64,000 nt of DNA, from positions 17,614 through 81,613 of the forward strand of contig NIVC01002382.1 of assembly GCA_002269645.1 (NCBI GenBank). The letters are read 5' to 3'. Positions 27,585 through 40,361 of this stretch are shown piece by piece. The number at the start of each line of letters is the position of its first letter. Within the stretch, counting starts at the first letter, position 1. The notes beneath the pieces were generated by a model, which saw only the letters and a program-made list of their open reading frames with translations, searched no databases and was not told where the DNA came from. This stretch comes from Macrostomum lignano (Eukaryota). A program made the position numbers and the translations under genes.

Positions 27585-28350
27585 CACAATCACACAGAAC
27601 TCATCCTGTGAACTAGCGCAATAATCACACAGATCTCATTCTGTTAACTAGCGCAATAATCACACAGGTCTCATACTGTGAACTAGCGCCACAATCATAC
27701 AGGTCTCATTCTGTGAACTGGCGCATTAATCACACAGGCCTCATTCTGTGAACTGGCGCATTAATCACACAGGCCTCATTCTGTGAACTGGCGCATTAAT
27801 CACACAGGCCTCATTCTGTGAACTGGCGCATTAATCACACAGGCCTCATTCTGTGAACTGGCGCATTAATCACACAGGCCTCATTCTGTGAACTGGCGCA
27901 TTAATCACACAGGCCTCATTCTGTGAACTGGCGCATTAATCACACAGGCCTCATTCTGTGAACTAGCGCAATAATCACACAGGTCTCATTCTGTGAACTG
28001 GCGCATTAATCACACAGGCCTCATTCTGTGAACTGGCGCATTAATCACACAGGCCTCATTCTGTGAACTAGCGCATTAATCACACAGGTCTCATTCTGTG
28101 AACTGGCGCATTAATCACACAGGCCTCATTCTGTGAACTGGCGCATTAATCACACAGGCCTCATTCTGTGAACTGGCGCATTAATCACACAGGCCTCATT
28201 CTGTGAACTGGCGCATTAATCACACAGGTCTCATTCTGTGAACTGGCGCATTAATCACACAGGCCTCATTCTGTGAACTGGCGCATTAATCACACAGGTC
28301 TCATTCTGTGAACTAGCGCAATAATCACACAGGTCTCATACTGTGAAGTG
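27585..28350. repeat. 35-bp minisatellite (CTCATTCTGTGAACTGGCGCATTAATCACACAGGC)n
   Basis: About 21 units. Confidence 0.95.
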
Positions 28351-28899
28351 GCGCCATAACCAATTATCTTTGAATATATGAAGGCTCAATATAAGCTAGA
28401 ACTGAAAAATCTAATCGATAACAGGTGAAAATTGAAGACTGACACACCGATTGAGCATTTAAACAATGTCAGAATCATTATAGTAATACACGAATAATAA
28501 TAAAATGCAGATGACATTAAGAACAGTGCGCCTATGCAAAGCCGGAACACAAAGCGACCAACAGGAAGCCAGTATATGCAGTGCAAATATGCAATAGGAT
28601 TTTTAAGTTAGTTGAAAAATTAAATAGATGATTATCTAATTGAAGAGAAAAAATTCACAGCCGAATCTCAACAATAATTATAACTTATGCTTATTTATTC
28701 CTTCCAATAGTACATAAAATATTTTTAATTATATGATAATCATTACAACACAGCCTGGAATAGTTGGCACAATTTCTAATACACCTCGCACACTAGTACT
28801 GTATATTCACGTATTCACTTCTCAGTAAGGCACTGCTGGTTTAGAGTGAGCCTGTCACATCCAGAGACAGTGTCAATCAAGAATTAATCTAAAGTCAAT

Positions 28900-29395
28900 A
28901 TAGAGTCAATCTAGAGTCAATCTAGAGCCAATCTAGAGTCAATCTAGAGTCAATCTAGAGCCAATCTAGAGTCAATCTAGAGTCAATCTAGAGTCAATCT
29001 AGAGTCAATCTAGAGTCAATCTAGAGTCAATCTAGAGTCAATATAGAGTCAATCTAGAGTTAATCTAGAGTCAATCTAGAGTCAATCTAGAGTCAATCTA
29101 GAGTCAATCTAGAGTCAATCTAGAGTCAATCTAGAGTCAATCTAGAGTCAATCTAGAGTCAATCTAGAGTCAATCTAGAGTCAATCTAGAGTCAATCTAG
29201 AGCCAATCTAGAGCCAATCTAGAGTCAATATAGAGTCAATCTAGAGCCAATCTAGAGTCAATCTAGAGCCAATATAGAGTCAATCTAGAGTCAATCTAGA
29301 GCCAATCTAGAGTCAATATATAGCCAATCTAGAGTCCATCTAGAGTCTATCTAAAGTCAATCTAAAGTCAATCTAGAGCCAATCTAGAGTCAATC
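28900..29395. repeat. 11-bp minisatellite (TCTAGAGTCAA)n
   Basis: About 45 units. Confidence 0.95.
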
Positions 29396-29542
29396 TGCAG
29401 GAGAGCCTACATCTATTATTAATATAAAGAACTAAAAGTTGGGAGCATAAAAATGAATTGCTACAGCGAGAGTTACATTAAAAGAAGAAAAACGCAAGAT
29501 ATTGGAAATCTACACTATTAATAACTGACATGCCTCCAAGCC

Positions 29543-29813
29543 TCAGGCGGAGGACAACAAGCTCAGGTCGTCAACAGTGGCGCCAAGATTAACGTAGGCC
29601 TGCTTTCTCAAGTGCTGCTGCTGCAGGCCGGCATGAATGCTGACAGGCTCAACCGAGGAGTGATGCCGCTGCACAGAAGCCGCGGTGTCGCCGCCAACGC
29701 CGCCCGTTGCCGCACCCGAAGAGTACGAGTCAGCGATGGAACCGCCGGCCTCCTGGGAGCTCAGCAAGCCCGTCAGAAGTGGCAGGCTCAGATTTAAAAA
29801 CTCGCCGCTGCTC

Positions 29814-29845
<32 letters not shown>

Positions 29846-32800
29846 CCGCAGTCGGAGCCGATCCTTCAAAGCGGCAACTTCGGGCAGCAGAGGCAACGAA
29901 GCGCTGATTGCTTGCTGCTGCTGCAGACGTTCAGCTGATTCCAACTGCTGCTTTTGGGACTGCTGCAATTGCTGCTGCTGCTGCTGTTGAAAATCAATCT
30001 CTGCAACCTCTGCGCCAGTGTCGGACACTCCGTAGCCGTAGCCGTAGCCGAAATCGTAGCCATATCCGTAGCCAAATCCTGCATCATCGCCGTTGCCTTC
30101 TGCCGCTGCCTCCTCTTCAACACTAGCAGCCTGTCGAGTTTGATTCAAATATAAATTGAAAATTTCATCCGACTGCTCCAAGCCGACTGATGCCGAGGGT
30201 CGGGCGGCTGCTGTGGCGACGGCGCCAGTTTGACTCGATATCCGCCTTCCAGGCACTACCAGCATCTCTTGATGAGGCGTCATCTCGTCTGCTTCAACCG
30301 CTCGTCTAGTACTACTGGCGTACATCTGCGACAGTAGCTGATACCTGTGCAGCTCTTTGCACAGCCACAGAGTGTACTCAGCCTGAGTAGTAGTGGAGAA
30401 TCCCATTAGTAGTGGCCGGCCACCTTTGGGCAAAATCTCTAGGCGTTTTCTCTGCAATAGGGTGGGAAAATGAGCGTTCAGTTATATTATCAGTTGAACT
30501 ATGATGCAGTTTCCTCATTTATGCAGTTTTCTATCTATCATTTAGTTTCCCCAACTATGCTGTAGTTTCCCTAACTATGATGTAGTTTCCCCAACTATGC
30601 TGTAGTTTTTTTAACTATGATGCAGTTTCCCCAACTATGCTGTAGTTTCTTTAACTATGATGCAGGTTTCCCCATTTATGCAGTTTTCCATCTATCATTT
30701 AGTTTCCCCAACTATGCTGTAGTTTCCCTAACTATGATGTAGTTTCCCCAACTATGCTGTAGTTTTTTTAACTATGATGCAGTTTCCCCAACTATGCTGT
30801 AGTTTCTTTAACTATGATGCAGGTTTCCCCATTTATGCAGTTTTCCATCTATCATTTAGTTCCCCAACTATGCTGTAGTTTCCCTAACTATGATGTAGTT
30901 TCCCCAACTATGCTGTAGTTTCCCTAACTATGATGTAGTTTCCCCAACTATGCTGTAGTTTCTTTAACTATGATGCAGTTTCCCCAACTATGCTGTAGTT
31001 TCTTTAACTATGATGCAGTTTCCCCAACTATGCTGTAGTTTCTTTAACTATGATGCAGTTTCCCCAACTATGCTGTAGTTTCCCTAACTATGATGCAGTT
31101 TCCCCAACTATGCTGTAGTTTCTTTAACTATGATGCAGTTTCCCCAACTATGCTGTAGTTTCCCTAACTATGATGCAGTTTCCCCAACTATGCTGTAGTT
31201 TCTTTAACTACGCTGTAGTTTCCCTAACTATGATGTAGTTTCCCTAACTTTGATGCAGTTTCCTCATTTATGCAGTTTTCCATCTATCATTTAGTTCCCC
31301 AACTATGCTGTAGTTTCCCTAACTATGATGTAGTTTCCCCAACTATGCTGTAGTTTCTCTATGATGTAGTTTCCCCAACTATGCTGTAGTTTCTTTAACT
31401 ATGATGCAGTTTCCCCAACTATGCTGTAGTTTCTTTAACTATGATGCAGTTTCCCCAACTATGCTGTAGTTTCCCTAACTATGATGCAGTTTCCCCAACT
31501 ATGCTGTAGTTTCTTTAACTACGCTGTAGTTTCCCCATCTATGCTGTAGTTTCTTTAACTATGCTGTAGTTTCCCCATCTATGTTGTAGTTTCAACATCT
31601 ATGATGCAGTTTTCCCATCTATGATGCAGTTTTCCATCTATGCTGTAGTTTCCCCAACTATGCTGTAGTTTCTTTAACTATGATGCAGTTTCCCCAACTA
31701 TGCTGTAGTTTCTTTAACTATGATGCAGTTTCCCCAACTATGCTGTAGTTTCCCTAACTATGATGCAGTTTCCTCATTTATGCAGTTTTCCATCTATCAT
31801 TTAGTTTCCCCAACTATGCTGTAGTTTCCCTAACTATGATGTAGTTTCCCTAACTATGCTGTAGTTTCCCTAACTATGATGTAGTTTCCCCAACTATGCT
31901 GTAGTTTCTTTAACTATGATGCAGTTTCCCCAACTATGCTGTAGTTTCCCTAACTATGATGTACTTTCCCCAACTATGCTGTAGTTTCTTTAACTATGAT
32001 GCAGTTTCCCCAACTATGCTGTAGTTTCCCTAACTATGATGCAGTTTCCCCAACTACGCTGTAGTTTCCCCATCTATGCTGTAGTTTCCCCATCTATGCT
32101 GCAGTTTCCCCATCTATGATGCAGTTTCAACATCTATGCTGCAGTTTCCCCATCTATACTGCAGTTTCCCCATCTATGCAGCAGTTTGCCCAACATAACT
32201 TAGTCGTGTGCACGAAAATTAGCCAAGGGTTTGTCGTAATATTCACAGCCATTAGGCCCAGCCCCCAAGGCACAGGGAGTGTACATGCCTGACGATTAGA
32301 CAGTCAGGGCCGCTGTGCACCCTGTGTGAGCGTGTGCTCATAACTGCTTGCCTCCTCGCTGGAGGCGGGCCGACCGTCGCCTTTGATTTGCGGCAGCGCC
32401 CAAAACCCGCCTGCGACTAACCAAAATCAGCTATTAATAGAGAGAACACCTAGTACTAAACAGAAATTGCGCAGTGAATGGTCATTAGCAGCGGAACTGT
32501 GTGCAAGGCCTCGAAAAAAATTCTCTTTATAATATTTTACATTAGAAATGTATATTTGGCCCTACCGCTGACTAATGGATTGCTCAAGGCGTACTTGAGC
32601 AATTCCTAAGGGTCTAGGAATATTGCTCACAAAGAAAACACAAATGAGGTGCGATTACTCTTAGTCAGAATGCTCAAACTGGGACTGAATAGGTAATAGT
32701 CAGCAGCAACTGCAGTACAATTGCCATCCAGACTACTTGAGAGTTTAAGACGCACAAGCCAGGAATGCAGGACAAAATCCATGGCATTAATTAATTATCC

Positions 32801-35276
32801 GTCTGGGACTATTTCACTAGAAGCTTGACTGTCTGCGATTAAATCCCATTTTTATTGGCTAATCCCTTTGTCTGTCTATTGTTTAGGACTACGTGGACTT
32901 AGAATCAACAGCAGCATTTGCTTCACAATGTCAATACTAGAAGGAAAAACTTTAGGAGAAACAAATGAGCGTTCTTTATTATATTAGCAACACACCTGGA
33001 TAGATTAGCAATCCATCTAGGGCTAGATTAGCAATCCATCTAGGACTAGATTAGCAATCCATCTAGGGCTAGATTAGCAATCCATCTAGGGCTAGATTAG
33101 TAATCCATCTAGGGCTAGATTAGCAATCCATCTAGGGCTAGATTAGTAATCTATCTAGGGCTAGATTAGTAATCTATCTAGGGCTAGATTAGTAATCTAT
33201 CTAGGGCTAGATTAGTAATCTATCTAGGGCTAGATTAGCAATCCATCTAGGGCTAGATTAGCAATCCATCTAGGGCTAGATTAGCAATCCATCTAGGGCT
33301 AGATTAGCAATCCGTCTAGGGCTAGATTTGTAATCCATCTAGGACTAGATTAGCAATCCATCTAGGGCTAGATTAGCAATCCGCTCACCTGGCATCGCAG
33401 GCGGACAATATCTGCCCAGGGCAGGGTGGAGGCGTGCACCATGAAGACGTGAATGAGATTCCTGGGCTCGTACAGCGATATGCCAACCGGTCCGATACCC
33501 AGAAACAGGGAGCCGTCGTTATTTGCTGGGCCTTTCTCCATCACCTTAACGATGTGCTGATTGTGGGCGATGTTTTGCATCTCCGAGGCTAGCCGGATGT
33601 AGCGGAACACAGCTTCCGATTGCGTCATCAGCTCCAGTGAAGCGTGCTGAGTTGGCAGGTGCTGCAGCAGCCAGTCAGCGCCGTAGCGTTCAATGAGCTG
33701 TGAATGATTGGGCAGATTGGCTTGTGATAGGTGCTAGATTTAATATTCTCGCTTTCATACGGACTTAAAACTAATTCACAGACACAGGCCTGAAGCTTCA
33801 CGGGCTCTGCACGAATTCACAGACACAGACCTGAAGCTTCACAGGTTCTGCACTAATTCACAAGCACAGACCTGAAGCTTCACAGGTTCTGCACTAATTC
33901 ACAGGCACAGACCTGAAGCTTCACCAGCTTCAGGCACAGACCTGAAGCTTCACGGGCTCTGCACGAATTCACAGACACAGACCTGAAGCTTCACAGGTTC
34001 TGCACTAATTCACAAGCACAGACCTGAAGCTTCACAGGTTCTGCACTAATTCACAGGCACAGACCTGAAGCTTCACCAGCTTCAGGCACAGACCTGAAGC
34101 TTCACGGGCTCTGCACGAATTCACAGACACAGACCTGAAGCTTCACAGGTTCTGCACTAATTCACAAGCACAGACCTGAAGCTTCACAGGTTCTGCACTA
34201 ATTCACAGGCACAGACCTGAAGCTTCACCAGCTTCAGGCACAGACCTGAAGCTTCACCGGCTCTGCACTAATTCACAGACACAGACCTGAAGCTTCACCA
34301 GCTCTGCACTAATTCACAGACACAGACCTGAAGCTTCACCGGCTCTGCACTAATTCACAGGCACAGACCTGAAGCTTCACCAGGTCTGAAGCTGTGAAGC
34401 TGTGTCTGAAGCTGTGAAGCCAGGTCTGAAGCTGTGAAGCTTCAGCTTCACAGACCTGAAGCTTCACGGTCTCTGCACTAATTCACAGGCACAGACCTGA
34501 AGCTTCACGGTCTCTGCACTAATTCACAGGCACAGACCTGAAGTTTTACTAAAACCATTTCAAGGCTCAAAATAAATTCACACATTGGAAACTTGACCAG
34601 TTTATCTGACACTTACCCACAGTGGACAGTACTTCTGCACATTGAAATACGGCTCTTTAGCGGTGCCCAGATCTGTCCTATAGCTGCCGTAATCAGCTTG
34701 CAGCGAGAATGCAATCAACTGGAATATTGTAGACTCATTTAGCAGCATATTGTAGCGAAGTACATTCTCACGTATCTGCAGATAATAATACATCTTGGCC
34801 GCCTTCTCTGGCAGCGCATTGGTTCTAACGTAGAATTTCACTCTAAAGTACACTCGGTTATTAGTGTACTGCTCGTAGCTGGCCGCACTGGCTTCGTTCG
34901 GGTCGATGGCGGTCAGATCTCCATTGCTGGCAGCCGCCTGGCGCTTCCCTTTGCCAGATCCCAGTCTGCTATGGAAGGCGCTGTTCTTCTTTAGCAGGTC
35001 TTTGAACTTCACCCTATCGACTCGGGTCTCGTGGCGCAGGAACAAATAAAAGGAGTGCATTCGCACCGCAATGCCAAACATTGACGACTCACGAATGTCC
35101 TTCTGTTCGCATACTTTATCGAATATTTCGCCTATAGTGGTGCGCTTATCGTAGGATAAAAACACATTCTCGCCGCTGACCAGCGATACGCACAGCAGCT
35201 TCTTGTCACGCGGACTCTGATAAAATCTGCTGCTGCTGTCCTGCGATTGCGAAGCTGCGGACGACCGACCAGACAT
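29543..35276 (-). CDS. FERM-domain protein, FRMD6/Expanded-like; exons 35276-34617, 33697-33389, 30451-29543
   Basis: VYFRVKFYV...AAKMYYYLQIRENVL...FQLIAFSLQADYG...YFNVQKYCPLW|...FRYIRLA...LFLGIGPVGI...LPWADI|RKRLEILP; resembles the recalled FRMD6 FERM lobes; phase-0 joins. Confidence 0.8.
30500..32190. repeat. 20-bp minisatellite (AACTATGCTGTAGTTTCCCC)n with alternating 40-bp dimers
   Basis: In intron 2 of the FERM gene. Confidence 0.95.
33000..33382. repeat. 23-bp minisatellite (TAGATTAGCAATCCATCTAGGGC)n abutting the FERM exon 2 donor
   Basis: Array starts about 6 nt inside the GTGAGC donor. Confidence 0.95.
33775..34550. repeat. 41-bp minisatellite with a 152-bp higher-order repeat, in FERM intron 1
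   Basis: Marker GGGCTCTGCACGAATTC recurs at 33802, 33954 and 34106. Confidence 0.9.
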
Positions 35277-36289
35277 TCTACTCTGGCGTGGCCCGACTGG
35301 CCTGCAGAACCAGTGGAGGTGGGTGGGTTAATTGCCAGGATGTACTTTACTAAGGCCAACAAAACTGCTTGTCTATTTACAGTGCAGTCTATCAACTATT
35401 TGGTCAAAACTCAAACTGATGGCCAATTGTGATAATGAATTTAATTTAGGGATAGAACATGATCCTAATCCCAAAATACAAGGATCCTAGAAAAAAATGG
35501 GATCATTAATCCTGCCTGACCACAAAATTTTATACTATATCTAACTGTTAATTTATTCACAAAAAAATCTATATTCAAACTCTTTTTAAAGAAATTTGCT
35601 TAGGATTTGCTTGTAGCAATTTGTTAACATTTAAGCATTTTACTTATGACTAAAAGTATTATTGAATTGATCATATGTATAAGCCAAGTAATTAATAGAT
35701 AGAAAGCTTTATTTAAAAGATATATAAATAATAAGCCTATGGATACATCTAATTTTAAAATTTGGTTATTGCTGCCATGTGCTTTGTTAAAACTATAAAA
35801 AGCAATTAAAAATTATTTAAATATTTTTTGACAAAAAAACAAGATTAAAATCCTTTGACTATTTTTATTTACATCAATGTTTTTAATGTAAACATGTCTA
35901 GTCAAAAACAAATATAATTTGTGCATAGTATATAATAATATAACAAAAATGCTAGAAAGTTTAAATAATTTTAAACAGAAAGTATAGCAGTCATTTTTTA
36001 TTATTGCTAAAACAAAAAGTTTTTTTAAAGTTCAAATATAAAGTACTTATATAATTATTTGTTATTTGTACTTGGCAATTTTTTCAATGTAATCTATAGT
36101 TTAAATAAAAGAAGCTTTTAATATATTTTTACCTTTTTATATTAAAAATATAACATAAAAATGACTTTTACATCATATGTTGCATTGGCGCTCTATATAA
36201 TTTAATGTAATTTTTTGGTAAAGTACATTTGTAATGATAAAGATAATGATTGATTGCATTGTTCATGAGCAGCATGCAAAAGTATAAGT

Positions 36290-38500
36290 ACTTATGGAAC
36301 ACCCCTTGTATGATTTTGCCTCTATGCCTCTATGCTACAATCTTTGCGCTATCACACCACTGCCATGATGTACTGTCAGCAGGCTGTAGGAGGCAGTTTT
36401 TGTAAGAAATGGAACTTTCCAAACTGCATTGGCACAGTCGATGGCAAGCACATTCAAATAATTTGTCTATCCTGCAGTGAGTCACAGTTCTACAACTACA
36501 TGGGCTACTTCAATCTAATTTTACTAGCTGTTGTAAACCATGACTATTGTTTTCTCATGGTTGATATAAAAAATTGCAGTTTGTAGAATGATAGCACATC
36601 ATTCTACAAAGTATAATTTAAAGTTTGGAATACAACTAGAATCTAGAACATTTCCATGACTTGAACCAAAGCCATTAGCTGTTGGTGATAGAGATATACC
36701 ACATGTGCTCATTGGAGATGAGGGTTTCCTTCTATGAGACTACTTGATGAGACTATTCCTGGGCTGAAACCTAAGCCATGAAAAAGACTATCTTCAATTA
36801 CTGACTGAGTTCAGGCAGAAAAGTTTTTGAGAATGCTTTTGGAATTCTGGCACAGAAGTGGCAGATTTTCCAAAGACCTATCTAGCTCAGCTCAACAATA
36901 GCTACAAGGGTTGTAAAGGTGGCCCACATGCTACATAATTTTGTTTTAATTTACTAGGCTTCTGGACAGGAGTCCACAATTGCTGAAGAGCTGCTACAAC
37001 AAATAGTCAGAAGTACATTTGCTGCAGGCAATATTGGCAGCTGGCATGGCAATGTCTAATAGTCAACAAAGGACACACAAGCCCAGCTTGCAGAATTTTT
37101 CATGTTAGATAAGTGTTCCATGCCATGGCAAATGCAAAAGTATTCATCAAGAGTGACAATTTGAATCTTTCTCCTATGGACCATGAGAATCATGAGAATC
37201 ATGATTGTTGCATAACAATTATTATTAGTAGCAATGGTTGATAATGACATGATAATGATTTAATAATAAATATAGATAATTTCTTTAACCAAGAACTTCA
37301 GAGTTGGTTGAATATTTAATTTCAATGTATTTTTCCAGTATCATTTTCCTAGAAATCCACAATTGCTATATTTTTTTTCTAACAATGTTTTGCTTATCTA
37401 GCTTTTAGAGTACCTTTGCTTATCCAAGCTTACTAAATAGTAAAATACTACACTTGGGATTGCTGATTTTATTAGACCAAAGTTTACCAAAGATTAACTT
37501 TTGTACTCTTTTGTGTTTTTCTTCATTTATCTAGAATTTGAATTTGCTATATCATTAATCCTATTTAGCATGTTGCCCAAAATTCTAGGCATAGCAGATG
37601 TACATATTGATTAAAATTACTAATTAAAAATATACAAAATTTAGAGACTTACAAAAGAGAAAAATACTACTCAAACATAATCCACAACAATGCCGGTCTT
37701 TTGAAATTTAAATGATGAGTCTTTTTAATATTTCATTAAATAGACTCTATACTTAAGTTGCTAAGTCAAAGGTAGTCATGGCTGGTTGCGAGGGCCACTT
37801 CAATTAGATACTGGCCATTGATTGAATACTGCTGATTTTGTATTCCTCAAATTTGTTGATAGATGCAAACAGTCTCAAAATTTTAAGTTGCATCTGGGAG
37901 CTTTGTGGACGACTTAGGCACCAAATTTTGCCATAACCATGTGACCAAACAAGGCACTTTCATCATCAGCCTCTTGAGAATTTTGGTCAGCTATTCATCC
38001 ATTGACTTGTGTCTATTAGAACTGTTTTCTTGTAGGTTGACATCTTTTTCATGGATATGATTCATTTTGCTTCATTAAGATATCTTGGGACACCTGAATT
38101 ATATTAGACTCCCTCTGGAATCTGTCATCTTTGGAATCATCTATAGACAACCCATTGGTTGCCTCCTTAGTGCAGCTGCTATCCAAAAAGTTGCAGCAGT
38201 TAAACAGTGGCCACTTGGAGTTATACATTTCCTGGCTCCCTATGTTGCTTTTGACTTTTTGTTGACATTTGGCCTTTTCACAACTGTAGCAATCACAAAT
38301 GCCGCCACTTCCTTACCATAGATTCTTGAGCTTGAACCCATCTTTTCTAGCTGTCTTCACCCTTCTAGGCAAGTTGAATGTTTTCCTACACTTCATCCTT
38401 CTTCTTTGAATTTTGATAATTAGAATGGTGAAAGTTGTACAAACAGGATTCTCTTGAACCTTCAATACTAGCAGCTCTAATGGCAACCAACAAGCTTGTT
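36290..38500. mobile_element. Degenerate PIF/Harbinger transposon: DDE transposase (+, ~36290-36990) and MADF/Myb-like gene (-, ~38170-38490)
   Basis: WNFPNCIGTVDGKH...FYNYMGYF...IGDEGF...ENAFGILAQKWQIF...LHNF; minus strand KVQENP/LYNFHHSNYQNSKKKDEV*ENI...KWRHL...YNSKWPLF...FLD; many stops and frameshifts. Confidence 0.85.
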
Positions 38501-38731
38501 CCTTCTATTTGCACTGGCTTATGTTGCTCTACTCAGTCTCAAGTGATAAAAAATAATAAAATAGCTAATAATTAATAACTTGACTTGTATGCTAATCAAT
38601 TAATTTTTATATAATAGCCAGACTAGAGGGAGGGTTACTCAAATAGAGAGGTTTGAGTTATTTTGTCAAGAATATGTTTATATTGTTTCATATAGATATC
38701 ATCAATAGTATGGATGCTATTAAACCTTGAA

Positions 38732-40361
38732 CAGTGCTGGGCAAGTTAATCAATTTTTTTAACTCGTTAAAAGTTAAAAAGTTAATTTAATTGCTCCAAA
38801 AAAATTAACTGTAACTAGTTAATTATTTAACTTTTGCCCAAAATTTAACTTCTGAAAAGTTAAAAGTTAAAGTTAATAATTCCCTAACAGAAAAAGTGAC
38901 ATTTTCCTGGACATGTGTTCGGTGTGTTTTTTAAATTTCAGGTCGGCGTGGCGCGGCTGTGGCCAGGTCGCGGCGCCCTGGGGAGCTTGTCAGGGAATAC
39001 TCCCCTGGGAATTAGACCGGGGACCCTGGGGAGAAAAAAGCATTTTTAACTAAATTTTTGCCATTTAAATAAGAAAATCATTCACAGAAAGCTGATTGAA
39101 ACTCTGTCTATGCTTTTTTACCACAAAACTGCTTATTTCAATGTATTATTTCAAACACAACACACGTTTGAATGGGGGGGGGGTTCATAAGACCTAAATT
39201 TCACAACGCCGAAACACCATACTTCACAAGACCGAAACTTCATAAGACCAAAATTTCACGTTGTAGAAAACTTTACAATAAGGATTGTATTGCATGTAGA
39301 ATTTTCGGCATTGTGAAATTTCGGTCTTATGAAATTAGTGACCTGTTTGAATGTTTTTTTTTCATTATGAGTCTTTCAATCAAGCAAATTGAATGTACGA
39401 GCGTAGAAACCTGTCAGGAAAAAGAAGCCTTACTGACTATTGTGTTGGTCTACGTTGACGGCTTGACACATTTGACGCAGTCACAGCGCCATATCCTGTG
39501 TCAGTCACTGACGCATAGGGGGGTGTCATACAATAACAAAATACTCCGTATTAGACAGGACAAAATGGTGATTTACATGTATCTGCAAGAAATTAAAATT
39601 CCGATTATAAAAACAGTCTCATTCATTAATTATCCTCCCACGAGTGCAGCTGCTGAGTATGCATTTTCCGCCTCCGGAGTCTGGACCCTTTCTGATAAAG
39701 GTGCGCACACAATTTGGTGATGCCATGTTGTCAAATACAGTTTTAAACAAACATTGCTTAAAGTTTTTACCCTTGCGCCTTGAATATGTAGTCCATCCAA
39801 AGCTTTAATCAAAGTTTAAAAAATGCCACTTAGTGACTTATAAAGATCTAAGTTATCCGCTGTTTTTTACTTATTTTTTTCCCCGGGGTCCCCAGGGTCC
39901 CCGGGGAATGAGAGTAAATTCCCCAGGTCCCCAATAAGAAAATTCCCTGGGGAATCGACATCCCTATGTACAACGATAACTTCTAGTAGTCCTTGGGTAG
40001 AATATCAATAGATAATAGTTGAAGATTCCAGAATCTTCCGGAATATTCTATACATTATAACTTGTATTTGAAATATATACATGTAATAGTTTGTGACGCA
40101 TTAAATAATGCTTAGAAAGATGTATTAATTTTACTTTTTAATGGCATACAAGCTGTTGAAACCCGCGGATTTTGAACCCGGGGAACTCCATTTCCCGGAA
40201 TTATTAACTTTTGTCATTTAACTTTAACTTACAGAAAAAAATTAACGATTTTTGTTAACTAGTTATTACATAAAAAATTTAACGAAAATTTAACGATTTT
40301 TAAAAAAAATTAACTAGTTAATTAACTAGTTAAACAATTAACTAGTTAACGCCCAGCACTG
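38732..40361. mobile_element. Non-autonomous hAT element with nested insertions
   Basis: TIRs CAGTGCTGGGC / GCCCAGCACTG; perfect 8-bp TSD ACCTTGAA (38724-38731 and 40362-40369); TTAACT subterminal repeats. Confidence 0.9.
38990..39966 (+). mobile_element. Inner hAT remnant with a C-terminal dimerisation-domain fragment
   Basis: PPTSAAAEYAFSASG (~39630-39675) resembles the hAT P-x-TS-x-x-x-ER-x-FS motif; right end GGGGAATCGACATCCCTA; left boundary uncertain. Confidence 0.55.
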
